Below the pieces are notes generated by a model that worked only from the letters and a program-made list of their open reading frames with translations, did no database searches and was not told the DNA's origin. The position numbers and the translations under genes are program-made. From an uncultured Ignavibacteriales bacterium (GTDB lineage: Bacteria; Zixibacteria; MSB-5A5; GN15; FEB-12): a DNA stretch of 64,000 nucleotides. Positions 1 to 8,259 of the stretch are shown one piece after another (positions within the stretch are counted from its first letter, which is position 1; each line of letters opens with the position of its first letter). The stretch covers positions 62,001 to 126,000 of the forward strand of contig CAYXJN010000006.1 of assembly GCA_964464605.1 (NCBI GenBank), in the 5' to 3' direction.

Positions 1-1350
1 AAATCCTTTGACATAGGGAAAGGAGTCTGTTGCTGCTCCGATATACGTTTCTCCGAGGATGTATGCATACTCATTGGTATCAACGTCGATGCCATACGCG
101 TAATCGGCTCCAGCTCCGCCGATGAAAGTTGAGTAGAACAAATCGGTTCCGGTATTATCCAGTTTTGTGACGAACGCATCAGGGCGCTGCGAATTGGCAA
201 AGTCGCCCCGATCAGTGTCGTATGCGCCGACAGTTGTCGGATAGTCGTCAGATCGAGTGTCACCAGTAATGTAAATATCACCATCATCGTCTAACGCGAT
301 CCCATACCCTACATCAGAAGAGTCGCCACCGAGGAAAGTTGCGAAAACACGTGTTCCCGAACCGCTGTCGCGAGTGTTGAATTTGGCTACGAGCACATCA
401 TAGCTACCGCCAATACCAGTCTGATATGCGCCGCCACTGGTCGGGAATGAGGAAGAGTTGGTGTAGCCGACCACGTATGCGTTATTGCAATCATCAACAG
501 CGATATCCCAGCCAACATCAGTTCCCGAATGCCCGATATATGTTCCATACGATATTTGCGGGTCGATTACCAAAGCAAGCGCCGGATTGTAGGTGTCCGG
601 AAGGTCAAATGTTACGACGTTCGGTTCAGTCACTGCGTATTTCGCATCAAGCGGAATGCGAATTCCGTTTTGCTCCTGATACACAACTGGTTTATGCTGC
701 GTGATAGTTGACCATTCAGTTTCAATCAGCAAATCACCTGTCGCGGCTACGGCAAGTGACTTCACGCCTTCATATGCAATCTGTATGAGGGAAGGGTCTG
801 CGCCTGGAGCGAGTGAGAAATCATATTCAATTCTTCCGTTCGCGCCGTAGTAGTACAGGTCAGTGCCAGGATAGACATTATACAGGACAACTGAAGAATA
901 GCTGGGAACGTCGGTTACCCATTTGTTGGGATCGTTGCCAAGGAAATAGTTTGATGTTCCTTCCAACAATCCCTGTGCAGTAGCATACGGTGTTGGATTG
1001 CTGCCACGAAGCGTTGTTGCTACTATGAGTTGTTCAAATTGTGGTAGTTTAGAGGTCGGAGCGTCTGTGTTCACCAGCCGCTGATCGTCAATGTCACCGA
1101 CAGAACGTGTCAATTGATATTGCATGCCGGTTTTAGTCACCCAGAGAGTTGCGTTAGGAACCGATGCCTGATAGAGAATGTGATCGGGAAACTGCCCCTT
1201 GTTTTCTGTGAAAGAAAGAGAAGAATTCTGTAAGCGTTCAAGCAGAGCCGATGCTTCCGGGTTAGCGGCAGCAAAGCTTACACAAGTTGTCAGTACGGTA
1301 AGAACCGAAAAAACAAAATAATAACATACACGCGCAGTTTTATTGTTCAT
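1..1350 (-). CDS. Secreted SBBP-repeat beta-propeller protein; C-terminal part runs off the window edge (absent from the ORF track)
   Basis: Manual translation from ATG at 1350 (GGGAG RBS upstream): MNNKTARVCYYFVFSVLTVL signal peptide, FTENKGQF, SNYFLGNDPNKW, YPGTDLYYYG, IEYDFSLAPGADPSLI, LVIDP, then repeats of the type TF(L/I)GG..D.GYGIA(L/V)D...YITG.T.S..P. Frame stays open to position 1. Confidence 0.85.
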   Translation of the reverse strand, partial: MNNKTARVCYYFVFSVLTVLTTCVSFAAANPEASALLERLQNSSLSFTENKGQFPDHILYQASVPNATLWVTKTGMQYQLTRSVGDIDDQRLVNTDAPTSKLPQFEQLIVATTLRGSNPTPYATAQGLLEGTSNYFLGNDPNKWVTDVPSYSSVVLYNVYPGTDLYYYGANGRIEYDFSLAPGADPSLIQIAYEGVKSLAVAATGDLLIETEWSTITQHKPVVYQEQNGIRIPLDAKYAVTEPNVVTFDLPDTYNPALALVIDPQISYGTYIGHSGTDVGWDIAVDDCNNAYVVGYTNSSSFPTSGGAYQTGIGGSYDVLVAKFNTRDSGSGTRVFATFLGGDSSDVGYGIALDDDGDIYITGDTRSDDYPTTVGAYDTDRGDFANSQRPDAFVTKLDNTGTDLFYSTFIGGAGADYAYGIDVDTNEYAYILGETYIGAATDSFPYVKGF

Positions 1351-1610
1351 AACTCCCATTCCTTTAAGAAGGTTACGAGTACTGTGCAGTTGCACGAATG
1401 TCCGGCGATGCGCAATTATCACATACGCGCACGACAACATTCATGGGTTATCGTGAAAAAAGAGACGCACGGAGCTACGGTGATCGCATAGAACAACTCC
1501 CTCTGGTGTCATTGCACCGCAAAGTGTTTGCTTAGTCTGCCTCTAACAATTTTTGTACTACGAGAAAATTTCTGCCGGTCATTGTTTGCACAATGCCCTC
1601 TTACAGCACA

Positions 1611-1648
1611 AGTATATGACAGGAAGTGTCAGTGTCAAACACTTCCTG
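1611..1648 (-). promoter_or_regulatory. Sigma70-like promoter for the SBBP gene, overlapped by inverted repeats (probable operator)
   Basis: Minus strand TTGACA (1638-1633), 16 nt spacer, TATACT (1616-1611). Perfect 10-bp inverted repeat CAGGAAGTGT (1620-1629) / ACACTTCCTG (1639-1648) flanks the -35 box. TGACA-N5-TGTCA at 1617-1631. Confidence 0.55.
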
Positions 1649-1689
1649 ATAAATGTGAAACGGAAATTCTAAAAGGACAATAGCGGGCG

Positions 1690-4026
1690 CTATTGTTTCA
1701 CTTCAGCAAGAATCGATTCGAACACATTGAAGATAATCTTTTGCGGTTTTTGCGGGAGACCGGGAATGGTGAATTCGGTCTTCTTGCCGGAGACGGCGAC
1801 CCGGATATATGCTGAACGGTCTTTATCTATCTGAATCTGCACCGGAACGTCGGTAATGAATTTGTCGTTTACCCCTTCGCTAAGAACGGTGCACACCGCC
1901 TTGTACGTATTGTTAGAGTCGGGTTGGATTTCGTACGAGAATGTATATGTGGGAAGCTCAGTGCCGTACACCCATTGATCGAAAAACCAGCTCATGTCAA
2001 CGCCGACATATTTTTCGGTAAGACGTTTGAAGTCGATAGTAGTTGCAGGCTTCCCCTGGTACGTAGCATACCATTCTTTCATCATATCGAAGAAGGCATC
2101 TTCGCTCATAGTGTTCAAGTCGAGGAAGAGATTGCGGAGCATGTGCAGAACAATCGCTCCTTTTTTGTAGATGATTAAGCTGTGTGCACCACCGACCGCT
2201 TTGCTGCTTTGCGTACGATACCCCATGGCAATCGGTCCTTCCTCTTCAGCTTCACCGATTAGAAACTTGCGATTGCCGAAAATATCTTTGCGGTACTTTT
2301 TAAGTATGTCCAAAAATTGATCGTTACCCTCAACCGCTTGTACATACATGAGCGCGCTGTATTCGGCAAAACCTTCGCTCAACCATTGATCATGGTAGTT
2401 TGAATAGCTGACTCCGGTTCCCCACCATTGATGGGCAACTTCATGGGCGCGAAACAGACGTTGACGGCCATGCGAGTCTGTTGTCATCCAGGTTATAGCG
2501 CTCAAATGCAGGAATCCCGGGAATGACTGTCCGTGCCAGGCGGCAATTTCCGATGCCGACAGCGAGTTCACCGCTCTTTTGCCGAAACGGTGTGAGAACA
2601 GGCGAATAGCATTTACCAGATCCTCGCCAACCTGCTTTTCCATATGTGCGCCGATTTTGACGATTTCGTCATTTTGAGCGGCAAAATATTCGGCGAACAA
2701 TCGGCTGAGTTCTTCATCATAGTACACATCAACAGTGCCGGCAACCTCATCGGTAAACTGGTATTTTTTCATGAAACCGATACTAAAGGAGGCATCGGAA
2801 GCAGGTTCAGTGAGCTCCCACTTCGTGTGAAGTATATTATCTTTTTCTATCCGATCTGCCGGTGTTCCGGTAGCCACGAATTCGATACCCTTCGGTGAGT
2901 GAAAGTTCATCGTGTATGTCGCCCGCTGACGCCAGCCGTATTCCGGATACCAACCGTACATGGCAGATATGTAAAATATGTTGACGACCGATTCTGCTAT
3001 TTTCCCTGAATAGTAAAAGGTCAGTTTCAACGACCCGTTTACGGTTTGTTTGTCGTCGAGTAAGATGTAGACGTTGAGTCGTTGATAGTTTTTGTCTTTA
3101 GTGCGTCGATAACTGATCTGTTTACCCGGTTCAGTGGTAATGCTGTCTATCGACAATTCCGGATTCAGGTCGACTTTGAACATGCACAGCGAGTCTTTGG
3201 CGATCGTATATGAAGCGGTAACAATTCCGGTGAACATACCCTCACGGGTAATGGTGGCATCGATGTCAAAATGATTTTCAGTTACGTCATCTTTGCTTGC
3301 ACCGTTAAGCATGACTAACGTGCTATCGACGAGCTGAGAATAGGAGCAGACCATTTCCATCACATTTCCGGAAAGGTGTTTATACTCCTTATAGAAACGG
3401 ACTTCTTCCCGGTCAAACGGGTTGAAGTAATACCATATATATCCGACTTCCTTCGGACGCAAGGCGGCAAGTAGGAATGGTTCTTTGGCTGGTTCGGTGA
3501 ATGATTTTAACGCCGCAAAGATGAATTCTCTATTTTCATCTCTCGTGAAATCACCACGGTAGTCGTTCCCTCTGTCTGCAACAGTTTGTACAACGGGATC
3601 GGTGGACGTACTGTGAGCTTGAATGAGGTTGTAGATAGAATCAGAAAAAAGGAGTGCCGTTTCAGTAAACGTTCCGCTGAGGGAATCCTTTTTAAAGAAA
3701 CGTTGAAGTTGGTCTCGCTCCATTCTAATAGGAGGAGCAAACCGAAAATCTCCTTCACCGACAAAATAGCCGCCCCAGTATTGTTGCTTACCGTCGAGCG
3801 TTATCGGTTGAAAAAAGACAATCGTACCGTTTTTCAAATTGAATGTCGCACCGGTATGGTTAATCGTGAGATTTGTAACGGTTCGGGCGGTGGCAGGATC
3901 GATTTTCGCCGTGTACATTATGTCAAGGGCGTCGGTTAATTCATTCGCATTTGTTTGGCGGGAAAAACAAAACAGAGATAAGCAGCATATAAGGCTCATC
4001 ATCCATGGTGAGTTTTTTTTCGTCAT
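1690..4026 (-). CDS. Exported M1-family (gluzincin) zinc aminopeptidase-like protein
   Basis: HEVAHQWWG...WLSEGFAEY (HEXXH-18-E) and IYKKGAIVLHMLR. Signal peptide if the start is ATG 4026 (AAGGAG/GAGG upstream); the ORF-track start at 4110 is a TTG overlapping the upstream gene. Confidence 0.85.
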   Translation of the reverse strand: MTKKNSPWMMSLICCLSLFCFSRQTNANELTDALDIMYTAKIDPATARTVTNLTINHTGATFNLKNGTIVFFQPITLDGKQQYWGGYFVGEGDFRFAPPIRMERDQLQRFFKKDSLSGTFTETALLFSDSIYNLIQAHSTSTDPVVQTVADRGNDYRGDFTRDENREFIFAALKSFTEPAKEPFLLAALRPKEVGYIWYYFNPFDREEVRFYKEYKHLSGNVMEMVCSYSQLVDSTLVMLNGASKDDVTENHFDIDATITREGMFTGIVTASYTIAKDSLCMFKVDLNPELSIDSITTEPGKQISYRRTKDKNYQRLNVYILLDDKQTVNGSLKLTFYYSGKIAESVVNIFYISAMYGWYPEYGWRQRATYTMNFHSPKGIEFVATGTPADRIEKDNILHTKWELTEPASDASFSIGFMKKYQFTDEVAGTVDVYYDEELSRLFAEYFAAQNDEIVKIGAHMEKQVGEDLVNAIRLFSHRFGKRAVNSLSASEIAAWHGQSFPGFLHLSAITWMTTDSHGRQRLFRAHEVAHQWWGTGVSYSNYHDQWLSEGFAEYSALMYVQAVEGNDQFLDILKKYRKDIFGNRKFLIGEAEEEGPIAMGYRTQSSKAVGGAHSLIIYKKGAIVLHMLRNLFLDLNTMSEDAFFDMMKEWYATYQGKPATTIDFKRLTEKYVGVDMSWFFDQWVYGTELPTYTFSYEIQPDSNNTYKAVCTVLSEGVNDKFITDVPVQIQIDKDRSAYIRVAVSGKKTEFTIPGLPQKPQKIIFNVFESILAEVKQ

Positions 4027-4106
4027 TGGAAACCTCAGTCTCCTTTTAGTTTTTAGCAACCCTGCAGATAAAACTTCGACAGCAAATTGTTCGCTGCCGT
4101 CTATAA

Positions 4107-5228
4107 TCAACTTTCTATCATCTCGACGTTTGCGCGGGGGACAATCGCTTTGGAACCGTCATCAAACTGTACTTCCAGAATACGGGCCATTGATTCGGAC
4201 TCCAGTTTCTGCAGCGGAGAGGGGAGGTTTGTTACCGAACCAAGTTTGCCGAAGTGCGGATGGCGGATAACACGAATCGGTGAACCGATTCCTATTCCCT
4301 GAATTTCAGAGGGTTTATCATCAATTTGACCGCTCGAAGTTAATGGAATGACTACTTCCGGACGAATAACGCCGGCGCGAATCTGCGTAGCGCCATTGAT
4401 GCAAGCCATTTGTCCTTCCTGACGTTTCAACAGATCGAATGTCTTTTTAGCCATACTGATTTTGCCGAAGCCTTCGGTTACGACAAGAGTAAGGCCGATA
4501 TCTTCATTACCGGTGATTGCAACACCGATATCGTAGCCAAGAAAGTCGCGCAAATCTTTGTCGTCGAATCCGCCGACAACGATTCCTTTTACACCGACCT
4601 TAATCGCTTTTTTCATCGCAGCAGCAGTTACAAGAGAGCCGCCGACGATTACCAAGCCTTTGAGGGCATCGGTAATAAACTGTTCATCCAACACCGTGTG
4701 GTTATCAGGCGTGACGACTTTGAGCGTTCCGTAGGTTTCTCCGCCAATTCCGAAAATCCCCTGCATGAAGGCAGCCTCGGTTGCAACAACGACCCCTTCG
4801 TTCGGAATAACCTCGACAACTTTTCCCTTAACGTATGCTTTCACTTCAACAGGAACCGGATACCCGCGCTGGAGCACCTGACCGGTGATGTGAGAAATCG
4901 ATTCAATAGTGCCGTTGATAGTGGCGTGTGCCTCGCTTTTGAAGATGCTGATAAAACCCTTTTTGAGCGCAATCAGGTCACCTTCTTTAATCGCATCACC
5001 TTCTTTTTTGAGCATGCAATGCTCTAAATCTTCCGGGGGGAGGCCAAGCTTGTTCGCCACATTGAGCGGAACGACCGGGCCGGGGAGGTGCGTACGGGCG
5101 ACGGCATCATCCGGATTGACCATATCTCCCACTTTGACGAGTACATCCCCTTTAAGCGGAAGAATACGGGATTTTTTAACGAGTCGTTTGTCTGTAACTT
5201 TTAATCCGGGTGTATACGCGTGTGCCAT
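4107..5228 (-). CDS. Conserved hypothetical soluble protein with barrel-sandwich-hybrid-like motifs and a C-terminal KOW/SH3-like segment; in the GlmL-like operon
   Basis: 373 aa ORF. Motifs VLVKVGDMV, KKEGDAIKEGDLIA and ATINGTIESI resemble RnfC/NqrA N-terminal hybrid motifs. Gly-rich alpha/beta core. C-terminal GIGSPIRVIRHPHFGKLGSV. Confidence 0.7.
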   Translation of the reverse strand: MAHAYTPGLKVTDKRLVKKSRILPLKGDVLVKVGDMVNPDDAVARTHLPGPVVPLNVANKLGLPPEDLEHCMLKKEGDAIKEGDLIALKKGFISIFKSEAHATINGTIESISHITGQVLQRGYPVPVEVKAYVKGKVVEVIPNEGVVVATEAAFMQGIFGIGGETYGTLKVVTPDNHTVLDEQFITDALKGLVIVGGSLVTAAAMKKAIKVGVKGIVVGGFDDKDLRDFLGYDIGVAITGNEDIGLTLVVTEGFGKISMAKKTFDLLKRQEGQMACINGATQIRAGVIRPEVVIPLTSSGQIDDKPSEIQGIGIGSPIRVIRHPHFGKLGSVTNLPSPLQKLESESMARILEVQFDDGSKAIVPRANVEMIES

Positions 5229-5245
5229 TATTGTCCCTTATCTGA

Positions 5246-6031
5246 TTATTTTCTGGGTCGGTGCATGCGCTTGCGACGCATCCGCATTACTAAAATCAAA
5301 ATAATGATAAACAGCCCGCCGCCAAAGAAGGGAAGTGTGCGTTTGACGGTAGAGTCGTCACTCTTCGGCATTTCCCGGTTTTGGACATCTTCGGCAACTT
5401 TCAGTTCCTGTTTGGGGGCAGCCGTTTCGACATTATCCGTCGAAAGGGACTGGGCGATCTGCTCGAACGTGGGCAGGGTCACGCTGAACAGGGAATCAGG
5501 GGCGTAGAAAAAGAAATTGGCGATTCCGTGCTTATAGAATTTCATGATATACGCATGCTTTTTTATCAGCATGTTTTCTTCAACCACATCGCTGATGACT
5601 GTGACAATTTTTGAAGCAGCGTCATAAGCAGGTTCGTCGGTTTTTTGCTGTGCGTTCAAATCGGAAACGGGGAAGTAGCGAACATTTTTGCCGAATATCT
5701 GGCTCAAAGCATGCAGAACAGAATCGATCTGTTTGTCGGTGAGTTCACCGACTGAGTCGACAGTCAGAATGCCGTACACGCCGTCGAAAAAAGGAATAGT
5801 GCTGCTGTCGGCGAAGGCGGCATCGTAATCGAGCACCGATTCTCCGGCCTGATGCATTTGCAGAAAGGCGTCGACGGTCGTGTAATCGATCTGTTTCCAT
5901 CCGTCGGGATACGTAATATGAAATTTCCCTTTTGGAGAAACATACGTTCCGCAGAGCGCGGAGGAACCGGTAGCAAGTAAAGCCGCGAATACGGCAATGC
6001 AGAGCGTAGAAATACCTGTTTTTGTTTTCAT
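5246..6031 (-). CDS. Hypothetical exported protein with a C-terminal membrane anchor (PsbP/DUF1795-like N-terminal motif)
   Basis: Start ATG 6031 overlaps the upstream stop (TAATG). Signal peptide, YVSPKGKFHITYPDGWKQI motif, C-terminal TM helix followed by RMRRKRMHRPRK. Confidence 0.7.
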   Translation of the reverse strand: MKTKTGISTLCIAVFAALLATGSSALCGTYVSPKGKFHITYPDGWKQIDYTTVDAFLQMHQAGESVLDYDAAFADSSTIPFFDGVYGILTVDSVGELTDKQIDSVLHALSQIFGKNVRYFPVSDLNAQQKTDEPAYDAASKIVTVISDVVEENMLIKKHAYIMKFYKHGIANFFFYAPDSLFSVTLPTFEQIAQSLSTDNVETAAPKQELKVAEDVQNREMPKSDDSTVKRTLPFFGGGLFIIILILVMRMRRKRMHRPRK

Positions 6032-7884
6032 TAGGCTAACAAGGAATCCTGAGGATAAATATCCAATTCTTTCATCCATTTTTTCAAATGATTCACACGG
6101 TCTGCATCCGGCAATGAAGAGAGGTCAAACGGACGGCCGCGACCGTCAAGAATAATGCCGACTACACCGCCGTGCACTTCTTTGCTGACCGGATTACCTT
6201 TTCCGGCGCCCATGTCAAATTCTTTGGTCGGTTCAAACGTTGCTTTGGCAGTTACCGGTAATCCGTTCGACTGCAGACCAAGATCGAACTTTTTCATTTC
6301 CAGATAATTCAAATTGCCACTGACCGTGCCGCCCGGCAACTCGATCGTGTACTTCATAATCGGTCCCTGCTTTTTGGTCGTGCCAGTTGGGGCTACGCAG
6401 GTACCAAGATGAATGAGACAATCTTTTTCGAACACTTCCGTTGCCGCTTGCGGCTGAACTTCGGTGAGTACGCCTAATTGCGGCATCATGAAGATTGAAT
6501 CGACCGCCAAACGGGTGACGCCTTCCGGTAAGAAAGAGTCGATCATCATAAGCGCGGACTGCTGACGGCGCGGCGCGTGGGAGAGCACACCGCCGGAGCC
6601 GATGAGCATATTCAGCGACATCATATTGACGATCGTACCGCCGGAGGCTGTCTGTTCGAAGGCATCAGCAATCGTACGCTGCTGCTGAACACCTTTGAGT
6701 TCCGTGGCGAAGTTTTTGTGCTGAATAAAGGCAAGGCGAAGCGCCTCTTTGGCAATGGCCTGTTCAAAAATCAATTCTTCAAGTGACTGTGGAATGGTAG
6801 TAGGTCGAACCATTTTGTTTTTGACACGGTTGCGCAAGTCACGTTCATCCATGAGGAATGGAACCCAACGCATGACCATCGGCAAGGTCGCTTCTGCGAA
6901 TACATTTGAAATAGAGTACGACATTCCCAAGTTTGCTGACACGGTACGGTTGAAGACCGGCGTTTTGGCATCGGGGCGGAAAACAGAGAATACGTCGGTC
7001 GTAGCGCCGCCGATATCGACACCGACTGCCTCAATATTATAGCGGTCAGCAATAGTCTGGATAATTAATCCGACCGCGCCGGGGGTCGGCATGATCGGGG
7101 CATCGGTCCATGACATCAGTTTTTTATATCCGGGTGCCTGTGCCATCACGTGTTCCATGAACATTTCATGAATTTCATCGCGAGCGGGGCCAAGATTTTC
7201 CCGTTCCAGTACCGGACGAAGATTCGGTACGATTTTCAAATCGACTTTGCCGTCGAGCGTTTCTTTCACCATTGGAGCGGCATCCTTGTTGCCGGCAAAA
7301 ATAACCGGTAGTTCATATCCGGAACCCAAGCGCGGGCGAGGGTCGGCCGCCGAAACGAGTTCGGCAATTTCAACCACGTGCGTGGTGGTGCCGCCGTCGA
7401 TACCGCCGGATAATAAAATCATATCCGGGCGCAAGCGACGAATGCGTTCGATCTGCTGGTGAGGGAGGCGTTTGTCGTTTGAGGAAATTACGTCCATCAC
7501 GATCGCACCGGCGCCGAGGGCAGCACGTTCGGCTGATTCGGCGGTCATCGATTTGACCACTCCGGCGACCATCATTTGTAGTCCGCCACCGGCTGATGAG
7601 GTAGAAATATAAACATCGGTACCGACATTCCCCTGAGCCGGACGAATGAAGTTTCCTTTTTCATCCAAAAGCTTGCGGCCGGAAAGTTCTTCCAGTTCGG
7701 CGACGGCGTTCAGTACGCCCATGGTAACATCTTCAAACGGCGCTTCAACCGTGGTCGGCGCTTCGCCGCGATGGGTTTGGCGATATTCCCCGTTTACGTA
7801 TTGAATCATGATTGCTTTGGTCGTGGTCGAGCCGCAGTCTGTCGCGACGATAATCTTGATATCTTCAGGCTTTAGTTTTGTCAT
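6031..7884 (-). CDS. GlmL/MutL (glutamate mutase L)-family actin-like ASKHA ATPase
   Basis: Phosphate-1 motif DCGSTTTK, SSAGGGL, AERAALGAGA, PDMILLSGGIDGG, IMPTPGAV, phosphate-2 motif DIGGATTDVFS, NRTVSANLGMSYS, adenosine motif IGSGGVLSH. 617 aa. Confidence 0.85.
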   Translation of the reverse strand: MTKLKPEDIKIIVATDCGSTTTKAIMIQYVNGEYRQTHRGEAPTTVEAPFEDVTMGVLNAVAELEELSGRKLLDEKGNFIRPAQGNVGTDVYISTSSAGGGLQMMVAGVVKSMTAESAERAALGAGAIVMDVISSNDKRLPHQQIERIRRLRPDMILLSGGIDGGTTTHVVEIAELVSAADPRPRLGSGYELPVIFAGNKDAAPMVKETLDGKVDLKIVPNLRPVLERENLGPARDEIHEMFMEHVMAQAPGYKKLMSWTDAPIMPTPGAVGLIIQTIADRYNIEAVGVDIGGATTDVFSVFRPDAKTPVFNRTVSANLGMSYSISNVFAEATLPMVMRWVPFLMDERDLRNRVKNKMVRPTTIPQSLEELIFEQAIAKEALRLAFIQHKNFATELKGVQQQRTIADAFEQTASGGTIVNMMSLNMLIGSGGVLSHAPRRQQSALMMIDSFLPEGVTRLAVDSIFMMPQLGVLTEVQPQAATEVFEKDCLIHLGTCVAPTGTTKKQGPIMKYTIELPGGTVSGNLNYLEMKKFDLGLQSNGLPVTAKATFEPTKEFDMGAGKGNPVSKEVHGGVVGIILDGRGRPFDLSSLPDADRVNHLKKWMKELDIYPQDSLLA

Positions 7885-7939
7885 CGTTTTTTCCTATAGT
7901 GTTCCCAAAAATGGCGGTACAATTGCCGCTGAGTCGAGA

Positions 7940-7968
7940 ATTATACCAGCCGGTCGTGAAGTTGTAAA
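7940..7968 (-). promoter_or_regulatory. Sigma70 promoter of the GlmL-like operon
   Basis: Minus strand TTTACA (7968-7963), 17 nt spacer, TATAAT (7945-7940) with an extended -10 TG. Confidence 0.7.
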
Positions 7969-8050
7969 CAGGGAAATGATAGCGCTTTAATGACAATGCG
8001 TTACATAACGATATTTGCTTTGGTCGTATTTGCTGCGCTGAGTTTTCCGC

Positions 8051-8079
8051 TTGACCTGTTCTTTCGTCCGCTGTACATT
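8051..8079 (+). promoter_or_regulatory. Sigma70 promoter of the membrane-cassette array
   Basis: TTGACC (8051-8056), 17 nt spacer, TACATT (8074-8079); divergent from the promoter at 7940-7968. Confidence 0.55.
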
Positions 8080-8259
8080 CGCGCCGGTGCAAGTCAGTGG
8101 GAATGTGTAAGTTCTCACCGCGCAGGTGGATTGTGGACCCTTGCATCATCTTGATTAAACAAAATGAACGGCTTGTCCGTTTACCGGGAAGTGACACCTA
8201 CCAATGTATTGGCCGGTCGTGCCTCCCCGCCAATAGATGACTGAAGAGAGAGGACTGTT

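Noticed and set aside
426..711. Short plus-strand ORFs (92 and 60 aa)
   Set aside because: Antisense to the SBBP gene, which the ORF track missed because it runs off the window.
4410..5027. 205-aa plus-strand ORF
   Set aside because: Antisense shadow of the 373-aa gene.
6031..7884. Annotation as DNA mismatch-repair MutL or as proof of a glutamate mutase pathway
   Set aside because: The motifs are ASKHA, not GHKL, and no mutase subunits are in the window.
7967..8100. Cobalamin riboswitch-like words (AACAGGGAA, CCGCTGTA, GGTGCAAGTC) next to the GlmL-like gene
   Set aside because: Order and spacing do not fit the B12 element (AGGGAA and GGTG.AA are about 110 nt apart and CTGTA precedes GGTG), and part lies upstream of the predicted TSS.
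7865..8197. 110-aa minus-strand ORF in the divergent intergenic region
   Set aside because: It spans both promoters and has no convincing RBS or protein-like features.
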